Shown one piece after another: positions 38,101 through 49,900 of a stretch of DNA of 64,000 bases. The translations under genes were made by a program, and so were the position numbers. This DNA is from Raillietiella orientalis (Eukaryota). How positions within the stretch are numbered: position 1 is the first letter of the stretch; the number at the start of each line of letters is the position of its first letter. Below the pieces are notes generated by a model. The model did no database searches. It saw only the letters and a program-made list of their open reading frames with translations, and had not been told where the DNA came from. The stretch is taken from contig JAYWIR010000015.1 in the NCBI GenBank assembly GCA_036172245.1, forward strand, positions 3,906,001-3,970,000, written 5' to 3'.

Positions 38101-41100
38101 GAAAGGGGTAGGGAAGAAACCCTAAAAGGAAAAGCGGCTCCTCTTCCTGGCCTGGGCGCGTGACGTTTCTTTCCTCATTAGGATCCGGCGTGAGGGGGAA
38201 AGGAGGAACGGGTGCGAGACTCCTCCTCGGCTGCCCTTTCCAACATCGACCTCGGCCGCTCGTGTACTGGCTGCGTTCCCTTTCCTTTTCTCCCGAATGC
38301 ACAGAGTGGGTCCCGAGTCGTCACCAAACGACTCGGAGGCACGAGGAGATGGGGTGAAGGAGGACGAGGAGGCACGAGGGACGGCGTGAAGGAGCGGCTC
38401 GGCTCTCAAGCGGGCAGTGTTGCGAGTCATGGTGGTTGGTTGGGTGGCCGGAAGAGGGGAGGAGAGTCGTTCCCCACAAAAACTCGTAGGCTGAAGAGGA
38501 AAGAGCGGCCGGGATGGAGAACAGCAAACAAATCGAGTGATAGGAAGCACCTGAAAGATGTGGATGGGAGAGGGAAGTACAAGGCGATGCTCGTCCGCCA
38601 GTTGCCGTGGCAGCGGTAGCGGAAGAGAAGGAAAGGGAACAGGCGGCGCCACCGACCTTTGGCGCAGCATCGAAGCGAGCGCGCACGCACCTCGGCTACT
38701 TCGATGACCCCGGAGGCGGGTTGCAGCAGGCGTGGCCGGAAGCGGTTCCTCGGCACCACGTGGACCACCACCTCGGCAAAGTTCCTGAACGACCCCGTGC
38801 CGTTCCTGTCCGTGGCAGTGATCTGCACGGAGAGTGCCCCCTTCAGTCCGACAAGGTCCTCTGAGGAGTAGACGATGCCGAGCTCACCGTCCACGAAGAA
38901 GAAGTCTGCGGAGGAGGGAAGGGCAAGTGGCAGCAGCACGGACCAGCACCACTCACCGGTGCCGTTGCCCCCGGAGACGCCGTACCGGATCATTGAGTTG
39001 AGGCTGGCGTCCGCGTCCTCGGCCACCACGCGGACCAGAGGGGTCATCGACCGGACGCTGTCTTCCACCCGCACCTCCAGCAGCCCCGGCGAGGAGAACT
39101 GCGGCGCGTTGTCGTTCTCGTCCACCAGCTCGACTATCACCTGAGGGGAGGGGCAGGGCAAGACGGGGCCAAGATGCACAAACCTTCGAGAAGCTCTGCA
39201 TTTCCCACGGAGAGTCTCGTTCCGCATCTGCAGCCCTCACGGGCAGCACCAGGAACTCCCTGGTCTCCCGGTCCAGAACGGAAGGGTTCGCCACCGAGAT
39301 GACTCCGTCGTGGGTCACGGAAAAGTCGTGCTGGAAGTGTCCTGGCAACGGAAAGAAGTGCTCTCATTTTCTCTCCAGCCTCCGCAAAACGCTCTCCGCT
39401 CTCCCTTCACCCCCACCCCTTCGTTTGGGAGACGGGAGAGGAAACGGGGGAGTGAAGGAAGAGCGGTGAAGGAGTAGAGTGAAGGAAGGAAGGCGGAAAG
39501 GGGTTTTACTACTGCTGAGGAAGTTCTTTCTGCGCCCCTTGGCGGGAGGAGATGCTCTCCTCCCCTTGTCCTCGGAGACCGCGGCGGCGGAGAGGGGTAG
39601 GCGGAGCGGGGATAGAATGTTGATCTCACCTGTGATGGCGTAGCGTACGCGTCCAAAGTCTCCCTTGTCTGGATCGGTGGCCAACACCCTAGTGACCTCC
39701 GCTCCCCTCGGGGCATTTTCGGGGAGCTTCACGCGGTACACGGCGTTCTCGAAGACCGGGGGACCGTCGTTGATGTTGACCAGCCTAACGACGACGGTGG
39801 CGGAGGCGGAGAGAGGGGGCGAGCCGAGGTCTCTAGCGATCACCACAAAGCTGTGCTCCGGGGTCGCTTCGTAGTCCAGGCGATTCAGCGATGTGATCGT
39901 TCCTGGAGTGCCACCCGTCGGCTTTTCCCCTCGGGCGCTCCCCACACTGCTTTTCTGACCTGTCGATTCCTCAATTGCGAAGAGAGAGCTCGGAGTGGAC
40001 AGCATGAAGCGCACGCCATCGGAGTCCGGGTCGCGGGCCTCGAGCCGGAAGAGGTGGCTTCCCACGGGGACCTCCTCGTGGACGGCGAACTCGACCATTG
40101 GCCGGGAGGGAGACCACGGAGGGGAGAAAGCGGGAGGATTCCTGTTGGTTGGCATCACAGAGAAGACGAAGAGGGCTGAGGGGGAGGAAGATGCCGTTCG
40201 GTCTGACTGACCCGTGGACAGCCTTACCGTGTGCGGCTCCCGACGATCCTCTGACGCCATCGAGGACCGCAACGTCGTACAGGACGACGGAGGCTGCGCT
40301 CCGGTGTAGGGGTCCTGCAACTCGGACGTCTCCGGAGACCGCATCCACGGAGATGAGCTCCTGGAAACGGACAGTCCGGTTCCGCTGTGCCTTTTTCTCT
40401 CCCTCTCCCTTTCCAGTCTCTCATTCGTCTCCTACTCGCACGCGGCGCGCGTATCGTGGTGTCTTCCATACGCAGTTAGTGAGATGAAGGGATGAAGGCG
40501 TGCAGAATTCATCGGGAGCACAGAGGCCGCGTGGTTCAAGCTGAGTGGTACCGAACGAGGGTCTCCGGGAGATCAGTCGCTCGCGCAAGGACATAGGTGA
40601 GCGTATCCTGTCTATCGCGACAACGAGGGGCTCTTCGGGCGGAGCTGGAGCAGACACTTGAGTAGGGTCATTCCTGACCCATCCAGGGAGCTGTCAGGCG
40701 AAAAGAAGAGCGGGATCTTTCCGCACGCTCATGCTCCGGAGACAGAGAAGGGAGGATTGCCCCGGTAACGGAACCCTGCCTCCCTCCAGCACGCTTCCCT
40801 CTTTTCCCACCTGCAGCCGAGTATGCTCTTCCTTCGGGACTTGCCTCCCGACAGCGTCCACAGCCCCGACGACTCCAAACAGCCGGTACCGTGCCAAAGA
40901 GCAGTTTACTCCGCTGGAGCTGGAGGAGGCCAAGGTACCAGCCGGAGACCCCGGCTGTGCGTCTTCGAGGGCTTCACCGTGCAGAATGACAGAAGAGAAG
41001 AGTGGCAGCCTGCATTCTTCCCGTTCCACGCTCACCAGGAGCGAAGCTCTCCCGGTGAGGGATGGAAAACCTGGGAGAGGAACATGTCGGTCAGACCGAG

Positions 41101-44100
41101 GGCGAACCTGTTACCTTTGTCGATTGCTTCCAGGGTGATGTTGTAAAAGCTGCGGCGGCCGTGGTCGAGGTCCCTGGCAAGCGTCACAGTGCCGTCCTCA
41201 GGGTCGAGGACGAAGTCCCCAAAGGCTCCGGAATGAATGCGGTACGAGACCTGGGAGTTGACCCCTTCGTCCAAGTCAGAGGCCAAGACTTGAACGACGA
41301 AGGAACCTGGAGAAGAAGGAAGGGAGGCTCATGAGTGGCTCTAGGAAGGGAGGGAGAAGTAAAGGAGTAGGAGTGGGAGGATGGAAAGGGAACAAGAGGG
41401 CTCCTCTCCCAGGAAGAGAAGACAGAAGGTAGAGGTGGGTCGAGAGAGAATGGAGAAGCTTCCTGAACCTGCGGCAGGTCTTTGGGAGCACCGAGACGCT
41501 GGCAGGAGCGTGGAAGGTCCGGAGAAGAAGGTTTAGGATGCCTTCCAGAATTGGCGGCACCCCTTACATTCAAGAGGCGATCGCTGACCTTGAACGGGAA
41601 GCAGAGGAATCGCCAACCCCTTCACAGTCTTCCTCCCATTTCCCTTTCCTGAAAGATGACTGGTCATCGGTCGAATACTTCCTCCAGGACAGTCGACCAC
41701 CGTACGCGTATGTTGCCCTTTCGGGAAGATGCGGGAGAGGGAGATATATCAAAGGCGCATCGGAAGCGGTTGCCACAGAGACGAGAAGGAGAGATGTGGG
41801 GGGGAAGGGATGGAAGGCAGTCCCTGCTTGGCGACAGAGACGGAAGGCAGAACCATAGAAAGCTTTCCTGAGGGACCGACTTTCGAACGTAGAGACTGGA
41901 GGGACGATCACCGTCCGGTGCTTCAAGGAATCAACTGGCAGCAATTCGGTATTTCTACCCTCTGAGAAGGGAATGATCCAAAAAGGCTGCAGGAATCGGA
42001 GGATAGGGAGGATGCTGTACAGTGAACACTGCTAACGAAGAACCCATTGGAAGGGAAACGAGGGTACAGAATTCTCCCATCTCCTCCATAACCAGAGTCA
42101 TGCCAGTCCTTCTTGTATACCGAGGGTGCTCCGGGGATCCTCCTTCTTCCGTCGCCAACTATATGTAAAACCTGGACTCCTCCCCTTCTCCCTCCAAGGT
42201 CCCAGATATCTCTTGTCTGCGAAAGAAATGTGGGGCCTAGGAAGCGGACCTCGGGTGAACTGCCAAGGCGAGGAGAAATACGGGAGCGGTAGGGCTCCTT
42301 GCCAGAGCTCGACGAGGAGAAGTGGATAAGAACGCCAGGGACTAGGAAGGGACGAGCACGCTCTGGGATGCGTGGTAGACCGTCCTGCAGAAAGGCGAGC
42401 TACGCCGTCCTTCTTCGGCAAGAATCCTACCGTCTCCAGTGACAACGTTTGCGCTTACTCTTCTGGTAAGTCCCCGCAGACCCAGAGATGTCTCCACCAC
42501 CCGTCGTTTGCCCATGAGCACGCATCTCTGGCATCGCTGCTGCAGCCACGGTGACCGGCTAGGAACGCGTAACAATACCCAACACCTTTCTCGCGCCCTC
42601 ATGCTGGGGAGGGGAGAGAAAGAGGAATTTGGTGCGCCGCATCCCCCTTAGCCCTTCCGGGAGGCAGGGATTTCTTCTGCTGGGAGTCTGCAGGTCATGC
42701 GGAGGGGTAGACCGGGAAGAGAATGGAAGGAAGGTGGATTCAGGGCTGCCCCTAAGCGTGGACCATGACAGTCTCTCCTAGAGTCCTAGCTCCAGTCTTG
42801 ATCCTTGGAACGCGCAAAGGGTTCCCATCTCTCTTCCAGATGCATTCCGGAACCTCTTTTCCTCGTTCTTCGTGGCAGATGGAAGAGGCACGGATGCGTT
42901 TCTGGTTGAGGAAGGGGCGGAACCAGCACGCCCGCGACAGCGCATGTCCCACTCCTTCCCTGAGCGGTAGGAGAGATGAACGGGGTTGGGAGGGAGGGGA
43001 TGGGGGAGGAGTAAGGGGATAGGAGAAACTCCTCCTTGACGATGGAAAACGTCCCGCCCTACCGCGGTGCGCGCACGTTCTCGGAGCTCCGGGCAAAGGA
43101 ACAGACTCCGGACGACTTCCGTCGGGATGAGCATGCCGGTGCCATCGCCTCGATCCCGGAAAGTTTGCAGTAACGAAGGAGGAATGAGGAAGGTAGAAGG
43201 GAATCCACTGACCTGCTGGAATATGTTCCGGAAGAGTGATTTCATAGGTGTCCAACGCGAACCTGGGAGTGTGGTCGTTGACGTCGCGGACGACGATCCG
43301 GATGATCGCGTTGTCCTCAAACTCCCCGTCGGTTGCCTACAGGAGAGACCCGGATCGAGTGCGTCCGCAATGGGTAAAGGTTGCAGGAATGGAGAAGCTG
43401 GATGCTGAGCTGTTGAGCATTGTCCCCCCCTCCCCACATTTTCCCCAGAGGGGCGAAGCAGCGAGGTCGGGGTGAAGGATGCAAGCCCCTGGATCCTTTT
43501 ACCTCCCTGAGAGAGGACGCTCAAGCCACACTTACTGAAGAGGAAAAAGGACTCGACTTGCCCATCCAGGAGACCTCCTGCTGCTCCTACCCCTCATCTC
43601 CCTCTTCTTTCCCTTATATCTCCTTTTCCGAATCCTCATCATTCTCCTTCCTCCCACCTCCCAGCTGCACCGGCAGGGCAACTGCAACTCACCGTGATGA
43701 TGACGCTTAGGGATGGCGACTTCTCCTTGCCCATCGAGACGTTTCCATGGGGCACCTCTGCCAGCAGCTCAAAGACCCTCGAAGCTGATACGTCTCCTGT
43801 GTAGGGGTCCACGCGCAGAGGCGGGTCCTCGTCCTCCTTAGAGGCAACGCGGTAGGTGACCTGGGAGGTGGCGTCAGCGTCGCGGGCGAGCACCCTCAGG
43901 GGGGGCTCGATCCTGCGGTAGCCTTCGTCCACGAGGATCTCGTACAGCTGCCTCTCGAAGCGAGGAGGGTTGTCGTTGGCATCCCAGATGGTCACTTCCA
44001 GAGGAACGGTGGCACGACGGCTCCCAGCGGAGCCCTCCGAGTCTTCGACCTGCATAAGGGGAAGGGGAGAGTCAGTGCATCCGCATCCCTCCACCCTCAG

Positions 44101-47100
44101 TTGCCCACCTCGAGGACGAAACGGTACGTGCTGCGGTCCTCGTGGTCCAGACAGGGGTTGGAGCCTGGGGTGGCGCAGGGGGCCACAGTGATGGTTCCGG
44201 AGCGCGGATCCACGACGAACCTGCAGAAGACCAGAAAGGGGAAGAGTGGGAGTGTTGGATGAGGGGGATGGGGAAATCAGGGACGAACCTTTCGATCAGA
44301 TCCCCCTTCAGGTAGTAGCGCAACCCGTCAGCGCCGAAAAGTCCGGCGTCCCTGTCAGTGGCGCTTACCACGGTCACCAGGTCACCCCCTCGGGCACTCT
44401 CGGAAATTGCCGCTCGGTAACTCTGCTGGGAGAAGGTCGGGGCGTTGTCGTTGGAATCCTCCACGACGACCGTCACGGTGGCGACGGAAGACAGGTGGGG
44501 GGCGCCCGCATCGCGCGCGGTCAGAAGCAGCAGGAACTTTCGCTGGTTGGGATCCTCGTAGTCCAGGCTTGCCCCAGGCGCCAGGCGAATGATTGCTTCG
44601 CAGGCCCCGCTCCCCTCCATCGGCTCGACCAGGAATAGGTCGCTAGGGTCGCGGAGGGTCAGCAAGAAGGCGGCGTTAGCGCCCTGGTCCCGATCCTCCA
44701 CGTGAATGCGCAGTCCCGGGAGGATGGAGCCGTGGGGCGCGTCCTCTCGCAGGGTCGCGTGGAACTCATTCTGGTTGAAGCGCGGCGGCTCGTCGTTGGC
44801 GTCCAGCACCAGGACGGTTGCGTTCCCGGATGAGCACGAATCCGGGACGCCGGGATCTTCGCAGGCCTGGAAGAGAACAAGGGTGGACGAAGGAACGTCC
44901 GCCTTCCACTCCGCTCTACGAAGGAGATACCCACTTGGACGAGGAACCGCACCACTCCTGTGGACGGAGCCAGCACTTCCCTGTCCAGGGGCTTCGTGGT
45001 CCTCAGCTCGCCAGTGTCCCTATCGATCCCGAAGTGATCGTTGGCCCCACCTGGAAAGCACCGAAGAAGGGTAGAAGGGGAGGAAGCAAAGGGAGAAGGG
45101 AGGGAGAGAGCAGTGACCTAACAGGGGAACTTCAGAGACTCCCACTCCCGTGTCTACAAGAAGGATCGCTAGGAGGGGAGGGGTCAGGATAGAGCACGAC
45201 TCCTCATCTCCCAGCTTTTCCTTCGGATTCCTCCGGGTGAGGGGAAAAGAGAGGGGGTGTAGGGGGAGGGGATCCAAAGGAAAGACTGGGAGAGGGAGAG
45301 TTATCCCGACCCCTATCCTCCCTAGAGATCCCCCTTGAAGACACGAAGGAGTGGAGAGATCTGTCGGGACGTCCCCCTCCCCACTCGGAGTGGGAAGGAG
45401 CTCACCATCCGGCAGAGAGAACTGCAGGCTCCTGGCGCGGTCCGAGGCGTGGGCGGTGACGACTGCGACAGTGGTGCCCACGGGAGCGTCCTCGCTCACC
45501 GTCCCGCCGAGGTTCCCGAGGAGGGAGGGCGCCCTCCGTCGGGTTTGTCGGACGACAACCTCCACGGGTACCTTCCTGGAGTGCACGCCATCCTGGGGAC
45601 GGACCCCATTGTCAGCACCCTTCACCACGGGATCAGGGAAAGGGGCACGCACGGAATTTTCCCCCCGGGGCCTTCCCGCTCACCGAAGTCTCCAGCCGGA
45701 AGAGGTGCAGCCTCCTGCTGGGTGGACGCGCCAGCAGCAATGATCCCCGGAAGCTCTGTGCCGTCGAGTCGGCGGTGGACACTTGGAACCGGGAGCAGTC
45801 GTCCGGGAACTGGAAGGGACGTACGTCTCAGAGAGGAGACGGTAGGTCACTCCACCCACCTGCTCCAAGGGGACGCACGTAACCTCAAGGATGTCTCCTG
45901 CCAAGTCCACGTCAGCCACCAGGATGTCTTCCAGCACGGTCGTCCCGATGGCAGCGTCCTCCGGTATCTCCGCCTGGTACGTGGCCTGAGGAGGGATGGG
46001 CAGCCCGAGTTCCCTTGCTGGCTAGACGAGGATGGGGCGGTCGCTCACCTCCTCAAACTCTGGGGGCGAGTCATTCTCGTCCAGGATGAATACGGACACG
46101 GGAACCTTCACCGTGTTGCCCTCCTCCTGAACGCTGTGCGCCTCTCTCAGCGTCACCAGAAACCTCAGCGTGTTATTCTCCTGCAAGGGAATGGGAACGT
46201 CGGTGGTGCAGAGCGTGAGGTGTGGTGAAGCTGGGATGGGGCTGGGGGGCGGTATCTCTCCCAAGGGTCACGATAAAGAAGAGCAAGGAGAGGTCCAGCG
46301 ACCTGCATCCTGAGGTAGGAGGGGCGGCGGAAGAGGGAGGAGAGGTCGAGCTGGTCATTCTCGACCCTTCGTTGGGAGAGGGGTCAGAGGACGAAGGGGC
46401 GAGCGGGGTGGGCATACGCACCTCCTCCCTGTCGATGGGGCCGCTGACCACGACCTCCCCGGTCAGCGGGTTGACGGCCAGCTTGTCGGTGCCCTCGATG
46501 CCGTACATGACGGGCGACCCGTCCGGGTCCTCCCCTTTCAGCCAGTAGACCACCGTCCCTTCTTTTGTGTTCTCTGAGATCACGTGGTAGTTCATGTCCA
46601 GCGTGAAGAAAGGGGGCAGGTTGCCCGCGACGGCTCCTGGAGAGGGAGAAGGTCACCTAGAGGTCCATCTTTTTGTTTCCGCTAGCAACGGGTGGGTCAG
46701 GGGAGGTCAGGCGAATCCACTAATCCTCCCTGAAAGGGGACTGTGGCGTGCATGTCGACGCCTCCGCCTTGCGGTGGACCTCCTGCACTTGGAAGGGGAA
46801 AAAAGTCCAATGGGGCTAAGCAGCCCGTTCACCGTCTGGGAAGGGACACTGCCAAGAGGGGAACGGGGGGAAGGGTGCCCCTGGGGCGCGTCCGTCCCTC
46901 ACTGCCATACAGGGAGAGGACTGAACTCCCCACGCCACTGAGAGGGAGAAACAGTCCTTGGAGCCAGGGGAATTTGGAGGAGAGTTTTCCTCTTCTTCCT
47001 TCCTCCCCATCCAGATCCTTGTTCCCGTTCCCTTTCCCCTCTCCCTCAATGCTCGATACTACTAATGACTCCAGAGTAAAGGACGCCGGCTCTTCCGGAA

Positions 47101-47997
47101 ATCAAGAATGCGACCGGGACTACGCAAGGGACACTGAGTGGCCATCGGCACGGTCCCCACAAGGGATCAGCCCCCTACGCTGGCGTGTCCCAGCGATCTC
47201 GGCCCAGATTCAGGGGAGATGGAGAGGAGCCCGAAGAAAGCAGAAGAAATCTCTAACTTGAAGACATCTGCACCCGGATCTCTTAGGGTGTCCCAAGGGC
47301 AGTCGCTGTTCCTTTGCCTCAGAAACTCCCCTCACTCTCCAAAGAGGGACGCGGTAACGGGAGAACGGCCATCGAAGACCAAAGGCAACTGCAGGATGCT
47401 CCTATTCGAGCCGGAAGCTTCCTTCCCGACGCGCCCATCCGCCCCATCAAGCTGCCCCCAGCAAGTCTCTTCGCTGGATCCCTCGCCCCAGACTGACTCA
47501 TCTCGGCGGAACGAGTGGATTCTCAGCTGCACTTGCGCCGCAGGGATGCCCTTCTCGGGGATCCACAACCCCAGGAGCGGGTTGCGATCCTGCGCAGAAC
47601 CTTGCGGAAGCAAGGCGGCGACCTCGAACTCGGAGAGAAGGGCGCAAGGGCGCTCTGCTCCCGCGCGTGCGCAGGGCGGGCGAAGTCTGCGAGCGCGTGC
47701 GAGAGCCGTCCCTCCATCCGTCCGCCATTGCTCAGGCGCGAGGACAAGATGAGACATCGCCCGCCTCTGGTTCTGCTCGCGCGCTCCGCTTCATCGCGGA
47801 GCCAGGGGTTGGCTCGCGATGTCTCCCAGGGATCGAAAAGATGGGAACCCCATTGACTCACCTGCCATCCCTAGCGCCCACAACATCTGCAGCAGGCGCC
47901 ATCGCACCGTGGTGGCTGCCGCGCGCTGGCGCGGCGGCAGCGTTGGCGGCGGCCACGCCGCCGCGCCGTTCGCTGCGAGCGCCCGACGCCGCGGCAT
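29130..47997 (-). CDS. Cad87A: Cadherin-87A-like protein, 14 cadherin repeats, 24 exons, ~1655 aa; 3' end uncertain
   Basis: Exons 47997-47862, 46636-46422, 46180-46049, 45985-45860, 45809-45684, 45592-45406, 45050-44935, 44866-44289, 44220-44109, 44049-43693, 43336-43213, 41306-41115, 41070-40811, 40360-40228, 40175-39960, 39902-39630, 39341-39184, 39140-38957, 38905-38691, 37136-36954, 35993-35816, 34499-34297, 29778-29386, 29300-29130; GT-AG with consistent phases, 4968 nt. DxNDNxPxF, LDYE/LDRE and DxD motifs. Cad87A-type segments: NLPPFFT...EDPDGSPVMYG, CATPGSNPCLD, DYEDPNQRKF, GSIIPSPF, VWVFEPEQ. Confidence 0.9.
32171..32216 (+). repeat. Inverted repeat, left arm (partner at 34783-34828)
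   Basis: 38 of 46 positions match the reverse complement of 34783-34828, with matching pyrimidine/purine tracts on the outer sides. Confidence 0.85.
33698..33784. promoter_or_regulatory. CRE cluster with an RFX X-box-like site, inside a cadherin intron
   Basis: TGACGTCA at 33698-33705 and 33751-33758; near-matches TGGCGTCA (33710) and TGACGTTA (33723); half-site TGACG (33779); GTTGCTCGGTAAC at 33731-33743. Confidence 0.5.
34783..34828 (-). repeat. Inverted repeat, right arm (partner at 32171-32216)
   Basis: Reverse complement tttccccaattgacgacgcgccggacggtcacgtgcagcgatggcg versus left arm tttccccagttgacgatgtaccagacggtcatgtgcagagatgacg. Confidence 0.85.
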
Positions 47998-48659
47998 TAG
48001 CAACTGACCGACGCCGCGTGGCGAGGCTGTGGCCCTCGCTGTCTCCGAGCGCCCCAGGCTCTTTCGTTTCGTGCCGGCGCGTCCAACCGCCTCCGGAAGG
48101 GAAGGGAGGAGGAGGAAAAACAAAAGCCGACTTCCGCGGAATTCCAGCGTGTCCTTTGCCCTGGGTCGCGTGATTACAATCGCCTTCCCCCTTCCCCCCC
48201 CCTCCTTTATTCCGCCTTATGTGCCCACCAGCATGCTTTCCGCGCCGGCTTCTTCCACTGAGTGATGCGGCAGGTGGAACACTTGTGGAAGAGTGGGTGC
48301 CTTCTCCCGCCCACCCTCGCCGGACGCTCCTGAGAGAGGGAAGGACGTCCACCTGTTCCATTCCTCATTCCCCCTCGTCACGAAGGTCTCCCCCGCATTA
48401 GCAGTGAGCGCCGGGAGAAGCGAAGCGAGCGAAGGTCGACGGCTGCTCTTTCCGTGGCATCGCTCCCAGGGCGGAACCGCCTCGCGCCGGGAAAAGCGGC
48501 GGCGACAGGGAGGCACGAGGAGACCGTGCGCCCTTCCGAGAAGCTTGGGAAAGATGCCCGAGGTCATGAGCGAAGTGTGGCGGTCGCGTGCGTGCTCTGC
48601 CACGCTCGGAGAGCGCCGAAGTGTGCTGACGTCACACACTACTTGCAGGCATCGAACGA

Positions 48660-49900
48660 CCTCGTCTCACCACTGCACTACTGCACCTCTGTTACCATTA
48701 GTGCTTCTTCTTCAGCCCTATCATTACTATTATCAGGCATATTGTCGGGCTCTGAATAGTACTACTACTACTGTACTACTCTAATGCTGTTTTTGTCGTC
48801 AGCGTAATGCAACTAGTGTGAATCCTAATCATGAGGTATTACTTACTACCATTAGCATTGTAATTATCACTGCCAGCATCATTACTGATGTATGTTAATG
48901 CCATATTCTATCAACTATTACTGATGTGCTCTTTGATACTAGTCCTGTCATCATGCATTGCTACTATTATTAGCACGAGTAATAGCAACAGGATCATTAT
49001 CACTACCTCTAGTAGCATTGCTAATGCTAACAATATGTTTATTACTTGTTATGATATTGACACATAACTATATTGACTATGACACGCTATCACTACTTTT
49101 GCTACTACAATCGTTTTCATTCCCATTATTATTACTGACTTTATTCTTATTAGGAATAGTATCACCAGCATAAGCAGCAGTGTCAGATCATCGCGAATAT
49201 TTCGACGCTGCCGAAGGGCACTACTACTACTATTACCTGTAACGTGATTCTCTTTACGATTAACATGACTGCTGTTATAAATATCACTGTCATTTACTAG
49301 TAACATCAGGACCCTAAATGCTAACCCTGTTCCATCATTGCTATCGTCACTACTGCTGTTGTCAAAAACCTAGCTACTATTAAAACTACCGTTGATACCA
49401 CTATTCCGTAATAATGTCCAAACCTTATTAATGAAGCTTGCATCGTTGTCCCTTTTCAGTGTTATTTTTACTAACATTATCACTATTATTATTGACCTCA
49501 TTCGTTTTTTTGTCTGTTACTACTATCTATTCACTTTGTTTCTGGCATGGTTGCCTGTCGTTGCTATCAGCTCTGCTTTTGCATTCCGGCATCAGTCGTT
49601 TTGGAGGCTTCCAGCAAGACCATCACTTTTTCTAAAACTGCTAACATTCTTCTTGTATCCATTCTGCTTTCCATTAGTCTCCCAACAAGTCTCCCATACA
49701 AAAGCCAAAATTCCTTTTTCTATCCTCGTTTTCACCCCACCTCATTGTCAACCCTTTTTCCTGTTCCTGTTCCTGCTTTTGCTTCTTATCTCTGTTTGCC
49801 ATCCCGCTATGCCACCCTACTAAGTTTCCATCGCTGACGTGATTTCATACGTTGGTTTCATTTTTACTTCCCTATGGTTACTGCCTTCTCTTTCATGTCA
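48660..49900. repeat. Degenerate low-complexity tract rich in ACT/ATT/ATC trinucleotides
   Basis: Runs such as actactactactgtactact, cattactattat and cactattattatt. Marks the abrupt end of the GC-rich cadherin block. Confidence 0.8.

Noticed and set aside
28600..48700. Dozens of 60-300 aa overlapping ORFs on both strands, such as 45335-46228 (+)
   Set aside because: Antisense or off-frame shadows of cadherin exons, or chance ORFs in GC-rich DNA; no domains recognised.
48958..49837. Hydrophobic membrane-protein-like ORFs
   Set aside because: Artefacts of the ACT/ATT-rich low-complexity tract.
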